Source of the DNA: Victivallaceae bacterium | GTDB taxonomy: Bacteria; Verrucomicrobiota; Lentisphaeria; Victivallales; Victivallaceae | Reading direction: 5' to 3' | Assembly (NCBI GenBank): GCA_028709805.1 | Contig: JAQUTL010000014.1 | Coordinates: 1,340-65,339 of the forward strand | DNA: 64,000 nt | The notes under the pieces: generated by a model | What the model was told of the DNA's origin: nothing | The model's database searches: none | What the model saw: only the letters and a program-made list of their open reading frames with translations | Shown: positions 40,734-50,700 of the stretch, one piece after another | Layout: each line of letters begins with the position of its first letter | How positions within the stretch are numbered: the first letter of the stretch is position 1 | Position numbers and translations under genes: made by a program

Positions 40734-41507
40734 TTACGGCGTCTCCGCGGTGAAATCGGATTTTGTCCACCGGCCATCGCTGCGGACAAAACGGATGGCC
40801 TGCGCTTCCGGGCTGCGGAACACAGCGCCCGGTACACCGTCGGTGAAAAACAGCGCGGCGCCGTCGGTCAGCGCAAAGGCGGTGTCCGGCCGGTCGGGAG
40901 CGGCCGACTCGCGGTACAGCCGCTCGTCGAACGCGCCCCAGTCCTGATAATGCGGACAAAAATAGACCGGCAGAAAGCCGCAGCCGGGAATCAGGTCATA
41001 CCGGCCGTCGGCGAAATCGTTGTATCCGGCGAAAGTCCAGCATATGGCGCCGGCGCTGTATCCGGAGACCACCACGCCGCGGTCATATGCCTCGCGCAGG
41101 GCCAGCAGCAATTCCCCGGTCCATCCGGAATTATTCAGATTTTCCGTCATGCCGCCGCAGACCCAGATTATGTCGGCGGATTTCAACTCGTCACGCAGAT
41201 GAGCGCAACTCATGCCGGCGCCGAAAACGGCAACTTCGCGTATTCGTGAACTTGACGCGGCGAACATTTTCCGCGCATCATCGAACGCCGCCGGCGAATC
41301 GCCGCCCGGAGCGCAGATCAGTACCACTTCCGGATTCGGCCGGCCACAAAATTCAACGATCCGATTGCCCATTTCAGCGTCACCGCCCCACCCCAGCACC
41401 GCCTTGCGGCAGACCTGATCGCCGGAAGCGACACCGTCCGGCGACGTACATGCAGACACGCCGGCCAGACATGCGGCGGACATCATTGTCAATATCATTT
41501 TATTCAT
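40734..41507 (-). CDS. peptidase S51 / class-I glutamine-amidotransferase-like lipoprotein
   Basis: Lipobox (LAGVSAC) after MNKMILTMMSAA. S51-like nucleophile context VVSGYSAGAICW and ADIIWVCGG are present. Confidence 0.55.
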   Translation of the reverse strand: MNKMILTMMSAACLAGVSACTSPDGVASGDQVCRKAVLGWGGDAEMGNRIVEFCGRPNPEVVLICAPGGDSPAAFDDARKMFAASSSRIREVAVFGAGMSCAHLRDELKSADIIWVCGGMTENLNNSGWTGELLLALREAYDRGVVVSGYSAGAICWTFAGYNDFADGRYDLIPGCGFLPVYFCPHYQDWGAFDERLYRESAAPDRPDTAFALTDGAALFFTDGVPGAVFRSPEAQAIRFVRSDGRWTKSDFTAETP

Positions 41508-41607
41508 CGCGTTCCCTTCTTTCATCCACGCTCATTCAACATACACGGAATCATGCCGAAAGCAATATTGCCCACGCTTGAAAAGCTGAAAATTACGCGA
41601 ATCAGCC

Positions 41608-41635
41608 TTGACTTCCGATTTTTCGGCATTACATT
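41608..41635 (+). promoter_or_regulatory. putative promoter (TTGACT-N16-TACATT) for the sensor-kinase-like gene
   Basis: TTGACT at 41608-41613 and TACATT at 41630-41635, 26 nt before the ATG. Confidence 0.35.
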
Positions 41636-41660
41636 TTCTTTGAACATTATATAGGACAAT

Positions 41661-43307
41661 ATGAAACTTTCAACAAAATTCACAATATACACGATAATCG
41701 CCGCGCTGCTGCTGCTGGCCACCGGCGCAATCGCGGCCATATACGGCGCGGCCGAACTGCCGAACACGGTCATTCACGATTATCCGGACACCCTGTCCGG
41801 CGAAATCGCGCTGCTCTATCGGAGAATCACCGCCGACCACACCATTCTGGCCAATTACATTTTCTATGTTCTGAGCATCATCGGCTTCGGCGGCGCGCTG
41901 CTGCTGATTTTACAGCTGCGGCGCAAACTGGTGCATCCGCTGCTTGACGCGGTTAAGTTCGCGCTGTCGCTGGCCGACAACAAATTCCCGACAAAACTCG
42001 ACCTTCCAAACGAGGAAAACGACGAGATCGGTGAATTGGTCTCTTCGCTGAATTTCATGCGCGACCGCTTGCAAAGCACGTTTCTAAAACTTCAAATCAG
42101 CCATGAAAACGAGAAAAACGCCCGGCTGTCCGCCGAACTGCTCACCGAAATGAAAAACGGATTCATCCAGCACATCATTCCCGATATTCTGGAAAATCTT
42201 GACGTCATCGCCACCAATCTGGAGATATTCCGCCGCGGACTCACCAACGGCCGCCACACGCGCAAAGAGACTGTGATCGACAGCGTCCGGCGGGCGCTGA
42301 TCCTGTTGACCCGCCACTTCGGCCGGCTGGAGGATCTCAGCAGAATCGGGATCGACAAGGACGGCATCGCGCCGCAAACTCTGCAGTGCGCCGATTTTCT
42401 GAGTTTTGTCATCAAACTAAACGCCGAACTGTTCGAGTCGCGCGGAATCAGAATTGAGGAGGAATACCGTTCCGGCATCCCCCAGAACATCACCGCCGAC
42501 CCGGACGTTCTCCGCATGCTGCTGACCATGGCCATCCATACAATCGCAGACAATTCGGAGTCGGGAGAACTGCTGAAAATCGGCTGCACCGCGGAAAACG
42601 ACACGGTGATTTTCTCCATACGCGACGGAAAGCTCACCCAGCCGCGCGAGCCGCTGTACCGTCTTTACCGCGATTTCATTGAGGCCGGTAACGAACTCTC
42701 GCAGGCCGACAAACGGTTGACTGCCCTGCTTGTGCTCAACGAATGGGTGCAGGCGCTCGGCGGAAAAACCGAGTTGACCGACAGCTCCGCCGACAGCAAT
42801 CTCACGCTACGCATCATCCTCAGCGATCTCGGTTCCGCCGACCTGGGAAACAATGAGGTCACCTGTTCGCGCCGGCTTGCCAGTCAACCGGCGTACGCCG
42901 ATCCCGATGATGCGTTCTTTGATCCGACTCCGGCGAAAATACTGCTGGCCGAGTCAAACCGCGATCTGGCCGCTACGGCAAAAATACTGCTGGAAGCGGA
43001 CAAACACACGGTAAGCTGTGTGCCGGACGCGGCCAATCTGCGCACCGCCGTCGGGAAAGAGCACTACGACCTCATCGTAATTTCGCTGCACATATCGGAA
43101 AAAACATTGCGGACTTTGCTGCTGAACATTCATTCCTCGGCTCACAACGCCCAAACGCCGGTGGCGGCGATATTCAGCAGTCCGATGATGAAAAGCTGCG
43201 ACTTCAGCGAAGACGGCCTGAAATACAGGCTGACCCGTCCGATCAATTTTCAGGAGCTGCGCCATCTTGCCGGACGTTTCGGCTCTCCCCGCCACGAAGC
43301 GCAGTAG
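41661..43307 (+). CDS. membrane HAMP-domain sensor kinase-like protein with degenerate kinase and receiver modules
   Basis: Two TM helices and a HAMP domain (LRRKLVHPLLDAVKFA...EIGELVSSLNFMRDRL). The H-box-like segment FIQHIIPDILENL is divergent and the ATPase G-boxes are weak. The C-terminal receiver-like fold lacks the phospho-Asp (LIVISLHI). Confidence 0.55.
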   Translation: MKLSTKFTIYTIIAALLLLATGAIAAIYGAAELPNTVIHDYPDTLSGEIALLYRRITADHTILANYIFYVLSIIGFGGALLLILQLRRKLVHPLLDAVKFALSLADNKFPTKLDLPNEENDEIGELVSSLNFMRDRLQSTFLKLQISHENEKNARLSAELLTEMKNGFIQHIIPDILENLDVIATNLEIFRRGLTNGRHTRKETVIDSVRRALILLTRHFGRLEDLSRIGIDKDGIAPQTLQCADFLSFVIKLNAELFESRGIRIEEEYRSGIPQNITADPDVLRMLLTMAIHTIADNSESGELLKIGCTAENDTVIFSIRDGKLTQPREPLYRLYRDFIEAGNELSQADKRLTALLVLNEWVQALGGKTELTDSSADSNLTLRIILSDLGSADLGNNEVTCSRRLASQPAYADPDDAFFDPTPAKILLAESNRDLAATAKILLEADKHTVSCVPDAANLRTAVGKEHYDLIVISLHISEKTLRTLLLNIHSSAHNAQTPVAAIFSSPMMKSCDFSEDGLKYRLTRPINFQELRHLAGRFGSPRHEAQ

Positions 43308-44544
43308 CCGCGGCGTTGTGCCGGCGCCCCGTCGCATAGACCGCGCACAGCAGAAGGACCGGCCAAACCACCATGCGGAAACGCCAATCCAGATTTCCGG
43401 CCGGCAGCAGCCAGAAGTAGCCGGTCAACAATACAACGGCGCACAATACGGCCCAATGCCGGGCCAGCAGCAGCCGAAGCACTCCGCCCGCGACCAGAAG
43501 CAGTATGACTCCGTAAACTGCGCATCCCAGCGCGGCGGCGACGGACAATACCGCCGGAGCGCCGGCGAAGTAGTGACGGAACGCCGCGGACAATCCGGAA
43601 CGCCGCAGCACACTCAACGTGCCGCGATTGCCGGCCGACAGTCCGACACGTTCCAGCAATCCGGTAACGTCCGGCATCCAGAAATTCGGCAGATCGGCGG
43701 CCGACGCGGTCAAAAAATCACCGCGATTGTCCGATATCCATTTTACGGCAGCACGCGAAGCGGCCTGATCGACGGCAAATTCATCGGCCTCCGCCGGAAG
43801 CTCCGCGGAAAGCCGGGAACGCACTGTCTCAAAATCCTCGCCGGTACGAATCGATATCGCACTCCCGACCTTGTAGTAATACCAATAGCGGCCGGAGTGG
43901 GAGGTATAGGCAAAATGGTCAAACACAACATAGTTCCGCACGCACCAGCCGACGACCAGCAGATTGGCCGTCAGCGCGAACAACGCCAGCCGCCGCCAGT
44001 CGGGGCGATAAACCGCCGCCATGAACCCCAGCTCCAACACCCACAGCAGAACCGCGGCCGGCCGGATCAGCACCGCCACGCCAAGCATCATTCCCGACAG
44101 CTCATACTCCCGCCGGCGCAGCAGATCAAGATTGAGCAGCAGAAAAAGGACAAACACCGTTTCGCTCAACGCCGACGCCGCCAGAGCCGTTGTTCCGCAG
44201 GAAAACGCCAGCAACAAAATCAGAAGTCCGCAGCGCAATCTCCATTCGGCGGCCCGTCGCAGCAAAAGCACGGCAATCAGATATAATGCGATGGTGTTGA
44301 CCCACAAATATGCCTTTGCTCCGGCAAATGAAAAACACCACAGCAACGCCGGATACCCCGGCGTGCGCCAGCCGGGAGGAACGGCGGTATTCCGTTCAAA
44401 ACCGGTCAAAAGATTCCCGCCGAGCGCCAGATAGTCGGCGGCGTCGGGAAACGGCTGAAACCCGATTCCGCCGGCCAGTGCCGCCAGCCAGACCAGCGCC
44501 GGCGGGATTGCGGCAAGCATAAGAATTTTAAGCCACATTTTCAT
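43243..44544 (-). CDS. polytopic membrane protein, GT-C fold glycosyltransferase-like (ArnT/PMT, GT39-like)
   Basis: About 11 hydrophobic helices. The first-loop motif PDAADYLALGGNLLTG...PPGWRTPGYPALL resembles the GT-C catalytic loop. Confidence 0.5.
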   Translation of the reverse strand: MKMWLKILMLAAIPPALVWLAALAGGIGFQPFPDAADYLALGGNLLTGFERNTAVPPGWRTPGYPALLWCFSFAGAKAYLWVNTIALYLIAVLLLRRAAEWRLRCGLLILLLAFSCGTTALAASALSETVFVLFLLLNLDLLRRREYELSGMMLGVAVLIRPAAVLLWVLELGFMAAVYRPDWRRLALFALTANLLVVGWCVRNYVVFDHFAYTSHSGRYWYYYKVGSAISIRTGEDFETVRSRLSAELPAEADEFAVDQAASRAAVKWISDNRGDFLTASAADLPNFWMPDVTGLLERVGLSAGNRGTLSVLRRSGLSAAFRHYFAGAPAVLSVAAALGCAVYGVILLLVAGGVLRLLLARHWAVLCAVVLLTGYFWLLPAGNLDWRFRMVVWPVLLLCAVYATGRRHNAAATALRGGESRNVRQDGAAPEN

Positions 44545-44664
44545 ATAACTAATTTACTCCGGGAACCCGGCGAAATCAACCCGGTTCGTCATGCCTTTTG
44601 ACGATATTCCATGTTCAACCCGCGCCGAACCGCGGCGCCATCGGATCGGAGCATCGCGGACGGC

Positions 44665-44698
44665 AAAAAAAGGCCGCATCGTTTAACGCGATGCGGCC
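44665..44698 (-). terminator. intrinsic terminator of the giant gene
   Basis: Perfect 10-bp hairpin GGCCGCATCG / CGATGCGGCC (44672-44698). A7 on the plus strand gives the U-tract on the transcript. It lies 21 nt after the stop codon. Confidence 0.7.
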
Positions 44699-44719
44699 CG
44701 GAGAATCAAAGGGTTCCTT

Positions 44720-47700
44720 TTACTTGATGGTGACCGAGATGTTATAGCTGGCCCACTTGCTTTCGTCGATCATTTCAACGGAGGCATAATACAGTCCGGC
44801 TTCCAGCGACTGCGTGTTCTGCCAGTCTGAAATCAACTGTTTATTGCCGTTGGAATCATAGATCGCCCAATTCATGTCGGTTCCCAGCGCGCGTCCGCTT
44901 TCCGCAACGTTGAGTTTGAGATCAACGCTGCCGGAACTGGCGAGGTCGAACGAGAAGAAGTCGGTCATATTTTCCTTGCCGACCACGCCATTGCCGACCG
45001 CAGACCCGGAGGCCAAATCCAGCACAAGCGCATTCGTCCGGTCATTGTGGCCGGATTCCGGCGCCACGAAGTCGCCGTCGACCTTCAGTGTGTAACCGGT
45101 ATTCATGTTGCCCTTGCCCTTGTCGCCGGATTCAATCGCGATGTAAACGATGCCGGCATCCGTTTCACCGCTCAAAGACCAGCTGGAGCCGGTGACGGTG
45201 TGGGAGCCGAGCGACTTGTAGTTCACATCATAAACCCGGATAACGGTCTTGGCTTCCAGCCCGGACAGCGACATCGTCGTCGTTCCGCCCAGCGGCAGGT
45301 TGAGCTTGTAATAGTCAGCCGCGTCGTTGTATCCGACCCAGCCGCTCACACTCTGTGAACCGCTCTGACTGAACGTGATGTTCTCGGCCGTCGAGAACGT
45401 CGAATTCCCGCTCGGTTCCGGAAAATAGCTGGCGGAAGCCGCAAGATTGTAGGAAGTATTTTCCTTGCCCTTGCCCTTGTCGCCGGATTCGATCGACACA
45501 TATATCTTGCCGCTGAACAGAAAATCGTTCCAGACGAACTCGGTGCCGCCCTTGATCGTTTCGCTGTCGAGCCGCTTGCCGCCTGCATCGTAGACCGTGA
45601 TCCGGGCAGACTTTTCAACGCCGCTGACGGTGAACGACATATTGCCGCTCTTGCTGCCCGCGTCGAACAGATAATAGTTGGCCGCATCGCCGTAGCCGAC
45701 CCAGCCGGCAACGGCGGCGGCGCCTTCTTCAAGCGTCACCTTGGTCGCGGCGGCGATACTGTTGTTGCCGGTCGGGACCGGGAACGCGGAGTAAGCGGCA
45801 TTCAGCACATACGCCGTGTTCTGCTTGCCCTTGCCGTTGTCGCCGGATGCGACCGAGACGTACACACGGCCGGAAGTCAACAGATCGGCCACCGCCGTTC
45901 CGTCGCCCTTGACCGTGACTTTCTTGAGCTGCTTGGTCGAGCTGTCATAAACCGACACGACCACTCCGGCCTTCAGTCCGGACAGCGAAAGCGACAGCGC
46001 TCCGGAATTTTCCGTTCCGAGCAGATAGTAGTCGACCGCGTCGCCATAGCCGACCCAGCCTTCCGTCGCGGCGGCGCCTTCCGTGAGAACCACGGCCTGT
46101 GCGCTCTTGAAGTCGCTGTTCGGCGTGGCGGCGGGGAACAGCTCGTCGTTCACCGTAATGGTGTAGCTGCTGTTCTCCTTGCCCTTGCCCTTGTCGGCCG
46201 ACTCGACCACCAGATAGTAGCTGCCGTTGACCAGCAGCCCTTCAATGGCCAGCTTGTCGGAGTTGACGGAAACGTTCTTGAGCTTCTTGCGGTTCACGTC
46301 GTACACCGAAATATTGAGCTTGCCTTCCACGCCGCCGACGGTCAGACTGAGCTGCCCGCTGCTGCCGGCGGAGACCAGATAGTAGTCGGCGGCGTCGCCG
46401 TAGCCGACCCAGCCGGCAACCGTTCCGGCGCCGGACTCAAGCGTCACGGCTTCGGCGGCGGCGAACGTGTTGTTCGCGGTCGCGGCCGGGAAGTACTTGT
46501 CGTTCACCTCAATGGTGTAGTCGGTGTTTTCCTTGCCCTTGCCCTTGTCGCCGGACTCGATCGACACATAGAACGTTCCGGCGGACAACAGCCCGGAAAG
46601 CGTGATCTTCGCATCCTTCGACGCGGAAATGTTCTTCAGCTTCTTGCCGTTGGCGTCATAAACCGTAATCACGGCCTTGGCGCCGAACCCGCTGCCGGAA
46701 ATGTCAAGCGTTCCGGCGCCGGTGCCGACAAACTTATAGAAGTCGGCCGAATCGCCGTAACCGACCCAGCCGGTCACCGACGCCGCGCCGGCGCCGAGAT
46801 CGACCACCGTGGCATTGGCAAAACGGTTGTTGTCGGTCGCGGCCGGGAAGTACCCGCCGGTGCCGCTGAGTTCATAATTGGTGTTGTCCTTGCCCTTGCC
46901 CTTGTCGCCGGACTCAACCGAGATATAGAACTTGCCCTTGAACAACAGATTGTTGAACAGCTGGCCGTTCGCCGAGGTGGTGATCTTCTTGATCGCCTTG
47001 CGGTCGGCATCATAAACCGTTACCGTGACCTTGTCGGTCAATCCGGAAATGGTTATCGTGTTGATTGAGCCGGCGCCGGTGCCGTTGAACACATAGAAGT
47101 TGGCGGCGTCGCCGTAACCGACCCAGCCGGCTTCCACCGCGCTTCCGTCGACAACGGTAATGGCTTTGGCCGTGCTGAACGCATTGTTGTCGGTCGCGGC
47201 CGGGAAGTAGGAAATGCCGCCGGTGATTTCATAACCGGTGTTCTGCTTGCCCTTGCCGTTGTCGCCGGAGGTCACCGAGATGTAGAACTTGCCGGGGACC
47301 AGCAGATCGGCGGCCACTTTGCCGGAGGCGGAAACGCTGCCGCTCTTCATCTGCTTGCCGTTGGAGTCATACACCGTGACCTTCATACCGGCTTCAACGC
47401 CGGAAATGGTCAGCTCCAATTCGCCGGCGCTCGCGGATTCGATGACATAGTAGTCGGCCGCATCGCCGTAGCCGACCCAGCCAGACGCGGTGAACACGCC
47501 GTCCGCGGACGGCACGACCGCGGTGGCGGTGCGGAACGTATTGTTGTCGGTCGCGGCCGGGAAATAATCATCGACCACGTCGAACTTGTAGTCGGTATTC
47601 TGCTTGCCCTTGCCGTTGTCGCCGGAGGTCACCGACACATAGAACGGTCCGGAAAGCAGAATGTTGTTGAACACCACGCCGGCGCCCTTGGCCGTCACGC

Positions 47701-50700
47701 TCTTGATCTGCTTGCCGTTGGCATCGTACACCGCCACCTTGACGCCGCTCTCCAAACCGCCGATCGACAGCGAGAAGCTGCCGGCGTTGGTCGGTGAAAA
47801 CTTGTAGAAGTCGGCCGCGTCGCCATAGCCGACCCAGCCGGTTACTCCGGCGACCGCCTTGCCGTCCGCCCCGACCGTGAGTTCCACGGCCTGAGCGTTC
47901 TTGAAGTCGTTATGACCGTTGTTGGCCGGGAAATAACGGTCTTCGACCGACACGGTGTAGTTGGTGTTCTGCTTGCCTTTGCCCTTGTCGCCGGACTCAA
48001 CCGACACATAGAACTTGCCGGCCACCAGCTGGTCGGCAAAAAGTTTCGCGTCGCCGGAAGCCTTGACCGACTTTATTATCCGATAATATTCGTCATACAG
48101 CGTCACCGTGGTCCCGGAAGCGAGTCCGGAAATCGTCAGATTCAGTGATCCGGCCTCGGTTGCCTCCACCAGATAATAGTCGATCGGGTCGCCGTAGCCG
48201 ACCCAGCCGGTGAACTGCGCGGTGCCGTTGGCTCCGAGCGCCACCTTCTGCGCCGTGGCAAAACTCGAATTTCCGCTCGGCGCGGTGAAGTATTCGTCCT
48301 CAACCGTAACGGTAAAGCCGCTGTTTTCCTTGCCTTTGCCGTTGTCGCCGGAACTTACCGAAACATAGAACGAACCGGTAATCAGCTGGTTGGAGAACAA
48401 CAGCTTGCTGCTGTCGGTGGATATCTGCTTGATCAGCTTGCGGTTTTCGTCATACAACGCAACGGTGACCTTGCCTTCCAGTCCGGCGATTGAAATGTCA
48501 ACCGCGCCGGCGCGTTCCGCCACCACATGATAATAGCAGGACGGATCGCCGTAGCCGACCCAGTCGCCGAACGAGCCTTTGCCCGCGCTGTCCAACGTTT
48601 CGGTGAACGCGGTGGAGAAGCTGTTGTTGTTCGTCGGCTCCGGCATATAGGCGCCGCCGCCGGTGATTTCGTAAGAGGTGTTCATTCCGCCCTTGCCGCC
48701 GTCGCCGGAGCTGACCGACACGTAGAACGCGCCGGAAAGCAACTGCTTGCTGAACAGCTGGCCGGCCTTGTTGGTGGACACGCTCTTGATCAGATTACGG
48801 TTGCTGTCATAGATGGACACCGTGACCTGGCTGGAAATTCCGCTGATCGAAATATAGTCGAGCGTGGCGGAGTGGCTCAGGTTTACCTTGTAATAATCGA
48901 CCGCGTCGCCGTAGCCGACCCAGCCGTTGGCCTTGCCGCTGCCCTTTTCATCAATCGTGACCACCGCCGCGGTGTCGAACGAGCCGTTGCCGGACGGCGT
49001 CGGGAAGTAGTCGAGTTTGATGTTGGCGGAATAGCTGGAATTCATATTGCCCTTGCCGCCGTCGCCGGATTTGACCACCACATAGGCGCCGTTCGGCACC
49101 AGCTGACTGGTATAATTCTTGCCGTTGGCCGAAACCGTATAGCTCTTCAGCTGGTTGCCGCTGGCGTCATAGATCGAGACCGTCAGATTGCTGGTGACTT
49201 CCCGGAATTCAATATACTGCATGGTTCCGGCCGCCGCGGCGTTCACCTTGAAATAGTCGGCCGGATCGCCGTAGCCGACCCAACCGCTGAAGCTGCCCAG
49301 TCCATCCGCGTCAAGTTTTACCGTCTCGGCGGTGGCAAAGCTGGAGTTGGAGGAGGCCGCCGGGAAGTAATCAACCTTGCCGCTGACCGTGTAGTTGACC
49401 GCATTGTGATCGCCGCCGGAGTTCGGCGTGAACGCCACATAGCAGTTTCCCTTCTCCATCAGCATGGAGAGTTCGCCCGTCTTGCCCGGTGTCAGCGATA
49501 TCGTCTTCACCTTGGAGCCGGATGCGTTGTAAACCGTCACCGTAACGCCGGCGTTGTTGCCCTCCGCCGCGGTGATGCCGTCGACACTGAAAGTAACCGT
49601 GCCGGCCTCATCCAGCGAAAAACGCAGGAAGTCGGCGGTATCGGTCCGCCCGACGATGTTGCTGAACGAGGCGCCCCAGAACCATTCCTTGGCTTTGGCG
49701 ATGGTCGAACCCGGATCGTCGGCAGTATCGACCGTGGCGTACTGCGTCGAACTCCATGACGAGGTATTGCCCACCGAGTCGTAGGCGCGTATCTGATAGG
49801 AGTAACGCCCGTCCGCCCAGTTGTTGAACCAGAAGCTGGTCTCGGTGGCGGCCACCTTGGTGGTTACCGACTGGGAGAATCCGCCAAGCTGCGAATCCCA
49901 GATCGAATAGACCAGTTCATATCCGGCGACTTCGATATTGTCGGTCGCCTTGCTCCAGGTCAGACAGACATCGCGGTTCAGCACCGACACCGCCAGACTG
50001 GTGACGTCAAACACCGGAGCGGTCACGTCAACGATAAAGTCCGCCTTCGTGCTCCACTCGCCGCGCTGTCCATACCAGTCCACCGCGCTGACCGTCCATG
50101 TGTATTTGCCTTCGGCCAAAGTGCTGGTGACGTACTTAAGCTTGTCAATCCCGGTCACCTTCTCGGTCTTTCCGGTGGTTTTGTTGGAAAAGGATATCTC
50201 GTAACTCTTAACGCCCATGGCGTCGGTCGCGGCGTTCCATGAGAACGTGAGCTGCTTGTCCTCGCGAAGCAGCGCCGCGCCGGTGACCTGCGTCGGCGCA
50301 ACGGTGTCGGTGATGACCTTGTTGGTCACCGGATCGACCATCTTGAACGGCTTGCCGAAATATGACCACGCGCCGGTCTCGTTGCCGATCGCGTCAACCG
50401 CCTGCATGCGGAAGTAGACCGTGCCGAGTTTGGCCAGCCCGCCGGCGCCGAGTTCAAACGAGTCGTTGAACGTGATGGTCGTGGTGTTGCCGGTATATTT
50501 GGCCTTGTATTCGTACACGTTGCCGCTGAAGTTGCTGTTGTCGCTGCACTGCATGACGTAATAGACGTCATTGGCATCCGTATAGGCGCCGGTGACCGTG
50601 AAGGTCACGCTGATGGTGTCGACCACCGATTCGGTAAAGGTCACGCCCAGCGGACTGGTCGTGTTAACATCCTTCCACGTCACGGAGATCACCGGACCGG

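Noticed and set aside
48527-49759. 410-aa plus-strand ORF inside the giant gene. Others lie at 53417-54547 and there are many shorter ones.
   Set aside because: They are antisense to a continuous 9.7-kb ORF whose translation has clear modular domain structure. The antisense products are repetitive only because the template is repetitive.
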